Of a stretch of DNA of 64,000 nt, positions 14,091 through 25,358 are shown one piece after another. Each line of letters starts with the position of its first letter. The first letter of the stretch is position 1. The notes beneath the pieces are model-generated. The model did not search any database. It was not told where the DNA came from and saw only the letters and a list, made by a program, of their open reading frames with translations. A program made the position numbers and the translations under genes. This DNA is from an uncultured Gemmatimonadales bacterium (GTDB taxonomy: Bacteria; Gemmatimonadota; Gemmatimonadetes; Gemmatimonadales; GWC2-71-9): assembly GCA_963842945.1 (NCBI GenBank), contig CAWJIM010000001.1, forward strand, positions 128,001 through 192,000. The letters are read 5' to 3'.

Positions 14091-14763
14091 AGGTGTCCCG
14101 CGTTATGGAGAGAAACGTAATGTCCAGCTGAGCCGGCCCGCTGGGTACAGTGAGCCTGGCTTTGAGCGGAGCTCCATCCGGCCCCAGAGTCGTTTCGGCG
14201 CGACCGATCAGCGTGCCCGCCTGGTGAACCTCGGCAACCAGCCGGCCGTCATCTCCTGCGCTCCTGGCGTACTCTACCGTGTCCCGTGCTCCAGCAAACT
14301 GCCAAGCTTGGGTAGAAGATGTACTCAGCGCGCGAACAGTCACGCTTTCCGCCGGCATTCGCGCCACGCCGAACATGGCCCACATCAGCGGATAGTTCGG
14401 GACCAGGCGGGCAATGGCGTCGGCCGGGTCGGTCCAGAGTGCCCGATCACCGATCACCACGGCGGAAGCTCCCCCGCTTCCGAACGGACCTGCCACATCG
14501 AATCGCAGGGAGTCAGGTGGGGCGACTCGCACCGCTCCGTGGCCGCCCGCACTTCCCCGCTCGTCTCGCAGGAGCCACTTGAATCGGTAGACCTGATGAG
14601 CCGCCGGCACTGTGGCTTCGACCCAGGGAGCGACTTCGGCCAAAGTTGCTGGCCGTGCTCCGACCGGCATCACTGGCTCCGGTGCGTTTCGGCAGGCCAT
14701 CGCGGCCGAGCCAAGATAGAGGAGCAGGACTGGAGGGTCAACCCGAAAACGTTGTCCCATCAA
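14056..14763 (-). CDS. Putative lipoprotein (possible LolA/LolB-like fold)
   Basis: AAMAC lipobox-like; PDSLRFDVAGPFG motif; beta-rich. Confidence 0.6.
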   Translation of the reverse strand: MMGQRFRVDPPVLLLYLGSAAMACRNAPEPVMPVGARPATLAEVAPWVEATVPAAHQVYRFKWLLRDERGSAGGHGAVRVAPPDSLRFDVAGPFGSGGASAVVIGDRALWTDPADAIARLVPNYPLMWAMFGVARMPAESVTVRALSTSSTQAWQFAGARDTVEYARSAGDDGRLVAEVHQAGTLIGRAETTLGPDGAPLKARLTVPSGPAQLDITFLSITRDTFAPDIWITRKP

Positions 14764-17588
14764 TAGTTATAGCCGAAGAAGAAATGCACGAATCCGGGAT
14801 CCCGCTGGCTCCGGTCGAGACTGTACCCCCGGAAGTTGCCATCGCTGAAGCGGCGACCCAGGTCGAGCCGCAACACCGCGAAGGGACCAAGCGCCAAGCG
14901 GAAGCTGATGCCCCAACTCCCCAGTAACGCCCGCTCCGAGTCCTGGTGCAGAACCGCCTTACCCAGGTCGCCGAAAAATCCCGCCTGAATTTCCGGAAAA
15001 TCGATGTCGCCGAGCGGGGTTCCCAGAGTCAGGTGGGTCAGCACCGGAAACCGGATCTCCTGGTTGAGCATGTAGGCTCGAGTCCCGACGATATACCCGA
15101 ACTCAGGGTAGCCGCGCAGACCGAGGGTGCCCCCGATGTTCACTCGTCGTGGGCGGTCGCCGCCACTGTAGAAACCAAAGGCCCGGATGGCGTAGGCGCT
15201 GCGCGACCCGAGCCGGAGATAGCGGCGCCAGTCTCCACTCAACAGGTAGCTGTCGAAGCGACTGTTGGTAAAATCGCTGGAGATACCGCCGGTAACGCTC
15301 AACCTTCCCCCATCGATTGGGCCGGACGGAATCCAGAGCGAATTGTCGTGCACGAAGCTTAGATAGTTCGAGGCGATCCAGCCGACCCGCCGCGGCTCGT
15401 CGACGGTTAGGGTGAAGTCCACCCGGTCCGAATGTTCCACGACCGCGGTGCCCTCCACTCGACTGAAACGGCTCAAGGGGTATCGGAGAAGACCGAGTGC
15501 CCCGTACGCCAGTTCTTCATAGGCCACGACCAGGTCGCCCTCATAGTTCCGGCTTCTGGTGCGGAACACGCCCAAGCCCCAATTGAGTCGCCGCTGCTGA
15601 TTCACGTAGATCGTGCTGGCGCTGATGTTCGCGAACACACTGCCAAGCCGGCGTCCTTGAAACGATCCGATGCTGCCATACACGAGGTTGTCGCTAAGCA
15701 GATCGCTCATGAGAAAAGAGACTCCTTGAGCTCCGCCGTACCCGGGGACAAAGGCGGCGCCCCCGGCGGCGAAATCCAGAGTCAGCCGGCGACGGTACGG
15801 TTCTCCCACCACCTTGGCCGCGGGCTTGCGGCTGCCACTGGCCCAGGCCCACTGGGCCGGCGGGGGACCCGAATCAAGGGTGAACCGATCCTCGCGCGCA
15901 GCCGAGTCGACGGGGTATCGGTACAGGTTCCAACTCAGGTCATGAAATCCTCCTACAACCAACCCACTGCTGTCCGGCAGCGGCACGGCGTCGAATGCAC
16001 CACTCCAGGCGCTGGTTTCTCGCCGTCCGTTTCCCAGACTGTCGGTGGAAAAGACATTCAGCAGGACCCCGTCCCGATCGGAGGTGAAATAGATCCGATC
16101 GTCGGCTTCCCAGGTGGGGGCCTCATCGACCCAGTGCCCCCGGGTAAGCTGAGTAATGTCGCTGGTCACCAGGTCGAGCACGAAGAGATTGACCGCGCCT
16201 TCGAGCCCATCCGCTGTCCGGTCAGAGGCGAACACCAGCCGGCGGCCATCCGGGGCTGGGCTGGGATCAAGGTCCTGATAGTTGTCGCGGGTGAGCGGCT
16301 CCAGCTTTCCCTTCGGCAAGTGTACCCGATAGAGATCGGAAACCCCACTTTCGGACAGCCCACTGAATACGATGCTCGTCCCATCACGCATCCACATGGG
16401 CGAAAGGATTGAGACCAGGTGGTCGAATTGGTAGCGCCCCGCGATCTTTCCCCGCTTGAGATCCCACACCATTAGAGCGTCCCGGTCGCCATAGCGCGCG
16501 GTGAACAACAGGTAACCCTTGCGCGAGGCATCCATCCGGGAGTCGAACGGGTGAAACGCCTCGAGCTCGGCCGAGCGGCGGGCGGTGACGACCTTCCGTG
16601 CCCGGCCTCCGTCCACACCCTTGCGGTAGACACTCAGGTATCCCGTGGCCGGAGAGACGTAGGCGATTTCTCCCCGGTCTTCTCCAGTGGAATCAGGAAT
16701 GAACGCCGGCTAAACCGCGAGCCGGGTGATCTCCCGCCCCAGCACTCCCAAGGGAGCGAGGCCATTCACGGAGGCGTAATAGGTCCGCCGCATGGCGAGC
16801 TGAAATTCCTCGCTGAGCTGATCCAGCGAGCGGCCGTAGACGGCACGAATAGCGTCTTCGAAGTTGTCGTGCTGGTTCAATTCCTTGTAGATCAGCGCGA
16901 CCCGCCAGTCACCGTAGGTGTCGGCCAGCCAACGGTGAATCCTGCCTCCGATCGGATAGACGATACCCCAGTGAAGTAGGTCAGCTGTTTGAACTGCGGC
17001 AGCTTTCCGCTGAGCGTGAGATCCCGGAGGACCATGTAGTCCCGGGCGTCCTCACCCCCGGACCAGAGCTCCGCCAGCCCTTCACTCCACCACAAGGGGA
17101 AACCAAAACGCCGCGCCCTGGGTGCCTGGTAGTAGCTCTCCGACTGCAGATCCAACTGAAAGAGTGGACCATCTCGTGGCGCAGGGTGTGGCGGAACTCG
17201 CGAAGTTCCCCAAAAGGCGGGAGACCCTTCGTTTGAGGAAGTCGGTGGCGCCCAGGAGTCCTTCGGGCGGGGTGAACGGGAGAATGTTGGTCTGCTCAAA
17301 ATCGGTATGAGAGGCATAAACGATCAGCGGGATGCGAGCGGCAACAGCGTGACCGAATTGCAGTGAAAGTGTGTCGTAACTTGCTTCCGCGTACGCCAGT
17401 GCCGCGGGCACCAGCTCGGCCTCGGCAGGATAGTAGTACAGATCCACATGCGGTCCTCGAGTGACCCGCCAATCGAGCCGACGGTACTGGACCTTGTTCT
17501 GACCAAACGCAAAAAATTGGGCCTCTGCAGGGGCGGAGGAGATGGAGAGGATGGACAGAAAAATCCCCACCGTGCAGAAGCGCCTCAT
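14760..17588 (-). CDS. Omp85/BamA-family protein with N-terminal Zn-peptidase-like and PD40 beta-propeller domains, frameshifted
   Basis: Signal peptide, FGQNKVQY, HEMVH...SEGLAE, PSPAPDGRRLVFASDR repeat, LRGY motif, C-terminal HFFFGYNY. Confidence 0.82.
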
Positions 17589-17621
17589 AATGGAAATCCT
17601 GTCATTGCCACTTTCTCTCTT

Positions 17622-19646
17622 CTATCGATGAATCGTCCGTATCAGGTCGCCCTGGCTGATGCGCGACAGCGGACCAAGTTGCCCACAATTTTCCCAAAAA
17701 CCGTGTACGTCCCATCCAAATGGGGCTGAGGAGAGAGGGTGATGAACCATTGGCTGGCCCCGGTGTCGGGGCCCGGACAGGGCCATTCCCAGCATGGGCT
17801 TGGCCCCGTAGCGATCGCGGTTGATCTCGTCGCGGATCGAGCCGCCGGGCCCGCCGAAGCCATCACCCCGAGGATCACCATCCTGCACCACGAAGTTCGG
17901 CACCACCCGATGCCATCGGTTCCCGTCGAAGAAGCGGCGGTCAACCAGACGAAGGAAGTTGGCCACCGTCATAGGCGCGTCGGGCCCGAACAGTTCCACC
18001 TCAAGAGTGCCCCGCTGCTCTGTGTCGATGAACACATGTGGCCTTGCCAAGGAATCGGAGGCCAGGATGAACTGCCGGGTGAGCTCCCGATAGTCCTGCA
18101 GCGTGCGTCCGGTCGACAGCGGATAGGCTGGACCCCATCGGTCTGCCGCGTCAGGCCAGTTGGCCTCCGCCCACCGGCGCAACAGGTAATTGGCGGGCCG
18201 CGGCACCGTCGCAAGGAATTCACGCTCGACCTCCGCGCCGGCAGGGCCACTACTCTTTGAAATGGCCAGGAGGGCACCGAGTGCGGATAGCGAGGCTTCG
18301 GGAAACGAATCGCGGACGGCACGGTTGTACATCTGAACCAGGGAGGTGATGTCGGCCGGGGCGGCTGCTCGGGCCAAGGCGGGTCCGGCGGAGACACTGC
18401 GAACTGCTGCGTCAGCATGTCCGAGCACCCGACGAGCTGCGCCGATAAGCGCGGGGTCGGGGCCCGACACTGTGTCAGCCCAGGCCTGGAGTCCGCTGGC
18501 GATGACTCGGCCGTCCCGATCGGAGAGGAAGGCCGGCGTTCCCGAGTGGCCAGCTCGGGCCCATCCCTGGGCCGCGGCGGCCCGAGCCCTCCAGTCCGCA
18601 TTCGATTTCCACGGCTCGGCGGCGGAGGCGAATCCTGCCCGATCGATCCGAGCCAGCCCCAGCAGCGCCTCGCGCCGAACAGCAAACCCGGCCTTCGATT
18701 GGACCAGACGTCGCAAGGTAGCGGCCGCAACCGAGCCCCCCAGCTCTCCCAGGACTGGACGTTGCCTGAACCCGGACATTCAAGTCCGGATCTTCGACCT
18801 TGGACGCAACCGCAGGCGCCAGCAAGGAGTCGTGGTAGGTGCCGAGCGAGCGAAGTGCATTGATCCGGACCCCGGGATCGTCATCGTCCACGGCGCGGGC
18901 CAAAAGGCGGGACACGGTCGTGGGCGCGAGCTTGGCTCGTTGGGCATACTCTCGAGTCAGTACTCTGGCTACCGTCGCTCTGGTTTCCGCATCGTCGGCG
19001 CCCAAAGCATTGATCAGATGATTGCCTGCCTCAGGCGAACGGAGGGCCCAGTGAATACAGAGCACGCCACCGAACGTCCCGACGGGTCCTCGGCAAAAGG
19101 CAGAAGCGACGCGGCCTGAGCATCCGGTCCGAGCCGCCAGCTCTCCAGCAGCATCTGGCTCAGGGCGGGAGCTGGTGGCCTGGCTCAGAGCGATCTTCCG
19201 CTCAGCGCGGAGGCAAAGAAATCGCCGATCGCTTTCCCCCGATTTTTGCCAACGCGGTAACCGCCTCGTTTGCGGTTGCGGTATCCAGTGGCGGCAGTCC
19301 GGTTAACGTTGAATCAAGGGTTCCACCGCGGCGGAATCACCGAGCAGACCCAGCGCGAAGGCAGCAGCGACCCGAACGGTGGAATCCGGTTGGTCCAGCA
19401 CCCGCAGCAAGAGGGGCGTCGCCCGGAGATCGCCGATGCGGCCGGCAGCGAGTGCGGCAGTGCGGCGGACCAGGGAATCGGGTGCCAGCAGCGCTCGTTG
19501 GAAGAGATCGGGTTGCCAGTCGCGAGCATCCTCGGCCGCGAGTACCGACGCCAACTGCTCGACCACGGCTTCGTCCTGTGCCGCCAGGAGAGACGGCGAT
19601 AGAAGGCTCCGCTCAGGAGGATCAAGCCGCAGAGTCGTCTCATCAT
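17622..19646 (-). CDS. HEAT-repeat protein with C-terminal cyclophilin PPIase, frameshifted
   Basis: [14 protein letters not shown] / [14 protein letters not shown] repeats; [39 protein letters not shown]. Confidence 0.85.
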
Positions 19647-20080
19647 GCCAGCCTGACCGGGTCCGGAATGGGGCGAGAGCACCTGACGGACCCGCTCCGG
19701 TAAGCGGGCCAGCGTCATCCCAATGTCGAGGGCGATCAGCCGGGTGGAGGCCGTCGCCAACAATCGTTGATCCTCCGCGTGCTCGACGGCGTAGCCGAAA
19801 TCCACCCGCCGTGAAGCCACTTCGCGAATCCAGCAGCGTATCCGGATCAGGTCGTCGTACCGGGCGGGCTGGCGGTACCGGATGGCGAGCTCGCTGACGG
19901 CGAGTCGCAGGCCAGCTTGCTCCAGCTCGCGGTAACTCATGCCGCTGAGCCGCAGGTGCTCGCAGCGGGCCACGTCCAACCAAACCAGATATCGTGCGTG
20001 GTAGACACGCCCATCTGATCGGTCTCGGTGTAGTTGACCCGTACGCTGGTCTCCGAGATCGACGAAACCGTGCTGGTCAT
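19643..20080 (-). CDS. Acyl-CoA thioesterase (YbgC/4HBT family), frameshifted
   Basis: VRVNYTETDQMG, DVARCEHLR, YRQPARYDD. Confidence 0.85.
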
Positions 20081-20154
20081 CGCAGCCTCAGGGGTTAGAC
20101 GTTCGGGACGTGGGGGCTGACACGCCCGGGACGAGGAGCCGGTTGCACCGGGAT

Positions 20155-20916
20155 ATGGGAGAGCCCATCTTTGGCGCCGTGCTGGGCCGTACCCTCGTAA
20201 TCGTGTCTGACGCCCACCTCGGAGTTGCATCACCGGATACCGAGGAGGCACTGCTCGAATTTTTCGACGCGGTGCCTGGGCTGGGCGATTGTCTGTTGAT
20301 CAACGGCGATCTCTTCGATTTCTGGTTTACTTACTCACGGGTCATTCCCCGGCGCGGATTCCACGTGGCCGCGGCACTCGCCCGGCTTCGCCGTCGCGTG
20401 CCCATCGTGATGGTTGGAGGAAATCACGACCGCTGGGATCGCGACTTCTGGGAACGAGATCTCGGGCTCTGCTTCAAGCCGCATCGCGCAACATTCCAAA
20501 TCGGCGATCGGACGGTCACTGCAATCCATGGGGATGGACTGGCTGAGCCTCGTTGGCAGGCCAAACTGATCCACCGGGTGATTCAACACCCGGCTACCGC
20601 CGCGGTGTATCGCGTGCTCCATCCGGATTTCGGGTTGCGGCTGGTGGATATGCTGAGCCCGGTTCTGGGCGATCATACCATGGATGAAGCGAAACTAAGC
20701 CGGGCGGCTGAGCGGCAGCGGGCCTGGGCCGAACAACTTCTTTCCACTGAGACCGACATCGGACTGCTGGTTATGGGCCACACCCATCAACCAATGCTGG
20801 CCGAAACCACCCCCGGACGAATGTACCTCAACCCAGGCGCATGGTTCGACGGACAGCGTTATGCCGTGGCCACCGACTCCGCCGCCGAGCTCTGCACCTT
20901 CCATCCCAGGTTGTAG
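20155..20916 (+). CDS. lpxH: UDP-2,3-diacylglucosamine hydrolase-like metallophosphoesterase
   Basis: SDAHLG, NGDLFDFW, GNHD, HGD, GHTH, NPGAW. Confidence 0.8.
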   Translation: MGEPIFGAVLGRTLVIVSDAHLGVASPDTEEALLEFFDAVPGLGDCLLINGDLFDFWFTYSRVIPRRGFHVAAALARLRRRVPIVMVGGNHDRWDRDFWERDLGLCFKPHRATFQIGDRTVTAIHGDGLAEPRWQAKLIHRVIQHPATAAVYRVLHPDFGLRLVDMLSPVLGDHTMDEAKLSRAAERQRAWAEQLLSTETDIGLLVMGHTHQPMLAETTPGRMYLNPGAWFDGQRYAVATDSAAELCTFHPRL

Positions 20917-20943
20917 CTCGGCGCTCCGCCATGGCAGATCCAA

Positions 20944-21742
20944 TCATCCCAGCGGCACCACCTCGGCTTTTCCCAGCCGTTCTCCGATGAAGCGCGAGCC
21001 GACCTGCCGAAATCTGGCTTCGTCGTCGCTCACCACAAATCGATGGTCTACTGCCGCGCCTGCAGCAGCTTCCAGCTGCTTGTCCTTCAGAATCGATTCC
21101 AGGGCTGCGGCAGTGGCCTGACCACTGTCGATCAGCTTCACCTCGGGCCCATCACCCGTTGCAGGAGCGGCTTCAACAAGGGGTAATGGGTGCAACCCAG
21201 CACCAGGGCGCGAACACAGGATTGCCGGAGCTCGCGGAGGTAGTCAACGGCGATCAGTTCGGTCGCAGGGTGATCGGACCCGCCCTTCCTCCACGAAAGG
21301 GACAAACAGAGGACAGGCCCGCTGCACCACTGGAACGCCGGGGGCGAGTGCCTGGATCGCCCGGTTGTAGGCATCACTCGCTATGGTGCCGGCAGTGCCG
21401 ATGACACCGATCGGCCCACCGTCTCCGGCGGCCACGGCGGCACGGCGCCCGGCTTGATCACTCCCAACACGGGGACTGGTGTAGCCTCCTGGAGAGTGCG
21501 GAGGGCGTGGGCCGTGCTGGTATTACAGGCTATCACCACGGCCTTCACGCCCTGGCTCAGCAACCAGTGGAGGATCTCCAAGCTGTAGCGCTTCACCGTC
21601 TCCGGCGATTTGGGTCCGTAGGCACCCGGGCGGTATCGCCAAAGTAGATGGTGGACTCCTGAGGCAGGCGCTCGTAAATGGCCCGTGCCACGGTGAGTCC
21701 CCCGATTCCCGAATCGAAGATGCCGATCGGCGCCGAATTCAT
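20944..21742 (-). CDS. murI: Glutamate racemase, frameshifted
   Basis: [45 protein letters not shown]. Confidence 0.92.
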
Positions 21743-22219
21743 GGCAGCCGCAAGGGCAACGAAACAGCGGCTCCCGCACCTCCTGGGATGGCCTCGAGGT
21801 GGAGGTCGCCGGGAAAATCTGCCAGGTGAGCTGAGATGTAGGCCTCCAGTCCGGCAAGGACATGATTGAATCCCAGCAGTACCACCCAGTCCTCGTGTTC
21901 CTGCCGTTTGTCATCCGCCCTGGCCGAGTTGGTCCGTCGCAGATACTCCAGCTCGTGCAACGTCTTCAGACTCATGCCCAGGGTGACGCCCTCCCAGGCG
22001 ATAAACAGCCCGGCCGTGAGCTTCCGGTTCAAGCGGGACTGGCCCCAGCCCCGGCAAGAGCAGCGAACGCCACAGCGCGGCGGACGGGCTGATGTAGCGT
22101 CGCGTCAGCGAGTCCGTCGGGGCGGGCGCGGGGGTTAGGAGGCGCAGAAGTGGCGGTGCGGGACGAGGTTGTGCCTGGCCCGCAAGCTGAGTGCTGGTCA
22201 GCGAAAATAACAGAAGCAA
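21739..22219 (-). CDS. Hypothetical membrane protein, DUF5683-like, frameshifted
   Basis: [16 protein letters not shown] then [14 protein letters not shown] in a second frame; start uncertain. Confidence 0.6.
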
Positions 22220-22246
22220 CGGAAACGATTACCGGCCGGGTGGGGA

Positions 22247-22344
22247 TGGCGGGAGCGTGTGGGAATCGAACCCACCGGAGCCGCCGAGGGCGCCTCCATC
22301 GCGGTTTTGAAGACCGGCCAGACCACCAGGCCCGATCCGCTCCT
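22247..22344 (-). tRNA. selC: tRNA-Sec (UCA)
   Basis: Anticodon loop CT-TCA-AA, 6-bp D-stem CGGGCC/GGTCTG with TGGT loop, long variable arm, T-arm GTGGG-TTCGATT-CCCAC, 3' G-CCA. Confidence 0.93.
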
Positions 22345-22349
22345 GTCAT

Positions 22350-22409
22350 GCAGTAACAGTGACAGTAGCGGTGAACTGGGCTTACCGTTCACCGCTCACC
22401 GCTCACTGC
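22350..22409. repeat. Inverted short tandem array between ridA and selC
   Basis: cagtaa-cagtga-cagtag-cggtga versus tcaccgc-tcaccgc-tcactgc; perfect IR AGCGGTGAAC/GTTCACCGCT. Confidence 0.75.
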
Positions 22410-22779
22410 AATCACTTCGATCTCGACTCGCGCCCCGCGCGGCAGAGCGGCGACCGCCACCGTGGAGCGGGCCGGCCGGTGATGCGCCGAACGCTCGGGC
22501 GTAGACCTCGTTCATCGCGGTGAAATCGGCCATGTCGATCAGGAAGACGGTGGTCTTCACCACCTGGGTGAAATCGCTGCCCGCCTGCTTCCAGCACCGC
22601 CTGGAGATTCGCCATTGCCCGGGTGGTCTGTTCCGCTATCCCTCCGCGGACCAGCTGTCCGTTGGCCGGATCGAGCGCGACCTGACCCGCGGTGAAGAGG
22701 AAGCCGTGGGCGATCAGCGCCTGGCTGTAGGGGCCGATGGCCTTGGGGGCCCAGCCGTGGCCACGATCTCGATCGGCAT
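22389..22779 (-). CDS. ridA: RidA-family (YjgF/YER057c/UK114) deaminase, frameshifted
   Basis: [45 protein letters not shown]. Confidence 0.9.
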
Positions 22780-24463
22780 CAGAACAGACCCTCGATGGTT
22801 CCGTCGGGCATACCCGGATCGATTCGGCGGAAGGCGCCTTGGACAGGCCCGGCATGGTCATGATGTCTCCGGCCAGCGCCACCACGAAGCCGGCGCCCGC
22901 CGAGGGATACACATCCCGGATGGTGAGCCGGAAGCCGGTCGGGCCGCCCGAGCTTGGTCGGATCGTCGGAGAACGAGTACTGGGTCTTGGCGATGCAGAC
23001 CGGCGTCTTGCCCGAGGCCCATCGCCTCAAACTGGGCGATGTTCTTTTCGGCGGCCGCGGCGTAATCGACCCATCGGCGCCGTAGATCTCCCGCGCGATG
23101 GTCTCGATCTTCTCCTTGATCGCGAGCCACGTCGTAGAGCGGCTTGAACGCGCCTTTCTTCTCGTCGAGCACGGCCAGGACCTCCCGGGCGACCGCCTCG
23201 CCGCCCTCCCCGCCCTTGGCCCAGACCTCGCTCAGGGCGGCCCGGGCGCCCCAGCCCTTTGCGGCGTGGAGCACGCGTCTTCAGCTCTGCGTCGGTGTCG
23301 GAGGTGAATCGATTGAGCGCGACCACGACCGGGACCCCGAACTTCTGCACGTTCCGGACGTGGGCCTCGAGGTTCACCAGGCCCCTCTTCAGCGCTCGAC
23401 ATCCTCCTTGCCCAGCGCGTCCTTCTTCACCCCGCCATGCATCTTGAGCGCGCGGACGGTGGCGACGACGACCGCCGCCTCGGGCTTGAGCCCGCCGAAG
23501 CGGCACTTGATGTCGAAGAACTTCTCCGCCCCAGGTCGGCGCCGAAGCCGGCCTCGGTGAGGACCAGATCGCCCAGACCCAGCGCAAGCCTGGTCGCGGC
23601 GATCGAGTTGCACCCGTGGGCGATGTTGCCGAAGGGGCCGCAGTGCACGATGGCGGGCCCGCCTTCGAGCGTCTGCACCAGGTTGGGCAGGATCGCGTCC
23701 TTGAGCAGCAGGGTCATGGCCCCCGCCGCCTTGAGCTCGCCCGCGGTGACGGGCTTCCGGTCGCGGGTGAAGCCCACGATGATCCGGCTGATCCGGGCCT
23801 CGAGGTCCTGCAGGTCGGTGGCGAGCGCCAGGATCGCCATGATCTCGCTGCCGGGCACGATCACGAAGCGGTCCTCCCGCACCGGCCCCGCGTTGATGCC
23901 CCCGAGGCTGATGACGATCGAGCGCAGCGCGCGATCGTTCATGTCGATGGTGCGGGGCCAGGTGATCCGGCGCGGATCGAGACCCAGCGCGTTCCCCTGG
24001 TGGAGATGGTTGTCCAGCATCGCCGACAGGAGGTTGTGCGCCGAGGTGATGGCGTGGAAGTCGCCGGTGAAGTGGAGGTTGATCTCGTCCATGGGGACGA
24101 TCTGGGCGTACCCGCCCCCGCCGCACCGCCCTTGACGCCGAACACCGGCCCCAGGCTCGGCTCCCGGATCGCGACCACGACCTTCTTGCCCAGCCGCCGG
24201 AACGCCTGCGCCACACCCACCGTGACGGTGCTCTTCCCCTCGCCCGCGGGCGTGGGGCTGATCCCGGTCACCAGCACGAGCCGACCGGTGGGCTTCCGGC
24301 GGGCGACGGCCTCGGGGCTGATCTTGGCCTTGTACCGCCCGTACGGCAGGATGTCGTCGGGCGTGAGGCCGACCTCGGCGGCGACGTCGGCGATCGGCCG
24401 CAGCTTGGCCGCCTGCGCGATGGCGATGTCGGTCGGCACAGTGGGTATGGCGGTGGCTGTCAC
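22779..24463 (-). CDS. fhs: Formate--tetrahydrofolate ligase, frameshifted
   Basis: [74 protein letters not shown]. Confidence 0.95.
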
Positions 24464-25249
24464 GGCGACTCCGAAGCACGGTGTGACGGACAGGCCGAAG
24501 ACCCGCGCGCGCATTCTGGCCCGTCACGGGTGCGATCAGCATCCTCGACCGGCATCCCCCGCACGGCCGCGATCCGCTCCGCGACCTGGCGGACAAAGGC
24601 CGGCTCGTTGCGCTTGCCCCGGTGCGGCACCGGCGCCAGGTAGGGACCGTCGGTTTCCAGGAGCAGCCGGTCCAGGGGCGTCTCCAGGATGGCCTGGTCG
24701 AGGCGCCAGTTCTTGAAGGTCACCATCCCGCTGAATGACACATAGTGGCGGAGGACCAGCCCCGCCCGCAAGAGCCCGACGCCGCTGCTGAAGGAGTGCA
24801 GAATCGCCACCACCCCCGGGTGCGCGCCGAGGATGGCGGCGACGTCGTCGTCGGCTTCACGGGCATGGATGACCACCGGCTTGCCGGCCTCGGTCGCCAG
24901 GGCGAGCTGGGCCTCGAAGGCGGCGTGTTGGCGGTCCCGGGGCGAGTGATCGTAATGGTAGTCGAGGCCCATCTCCCCGGCGGCGACCACCCGGGGATCC
25001 CCGAGGCGCCCGCGCAGCCAGTCGCTGGTCTCCCCGCTCCAGTTCGAGGCGTCATGGGGGTGGATGCCGGCCGTGGTGGCGAGCCGGGGCTCGGCCCGGG
25101 CCAGGGCGAGGGCGCGATCGGATGCTCTCGGGCGACTCGCCCACCACGACCACGCGCTCGACCCCCGCCACCCACGCCCGCTCCAGCACCTCGGCGCGAT
25201 CGGCGTCGTAGGCGGAGGCGGCGAGATGGCAGTGGGTGTCGATGAGCAT
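24460..25249 (-). CDS. tatD: TatD-family hydrolase, frameshifted
   Basis: [46 protein letters not shown]; 3' end approximate. Confidence 0.92.
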
Positions 25250-25250
25250 G

Positions 25251-25358
25251 GGCGCAGGGGCGCAGGGGCGCAGGCGGGACGATAGCGGCGGACCGGTGAC
25301 GCGATCGCAGCGTCGTCCCGCACTCCCTGCGACGCTGCGACTCTGCGCCCTACGCGCC
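25251..25358. repeat. Inverted octamer tandem array between secF and tatD
   Basis: (GGCGCAGG)x3 then IR GCGGGACGA/TCGTCCCGC then ccctgcga-cgctgcga-ctctgcgc-cctacgcg. Confidence 0.8.
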
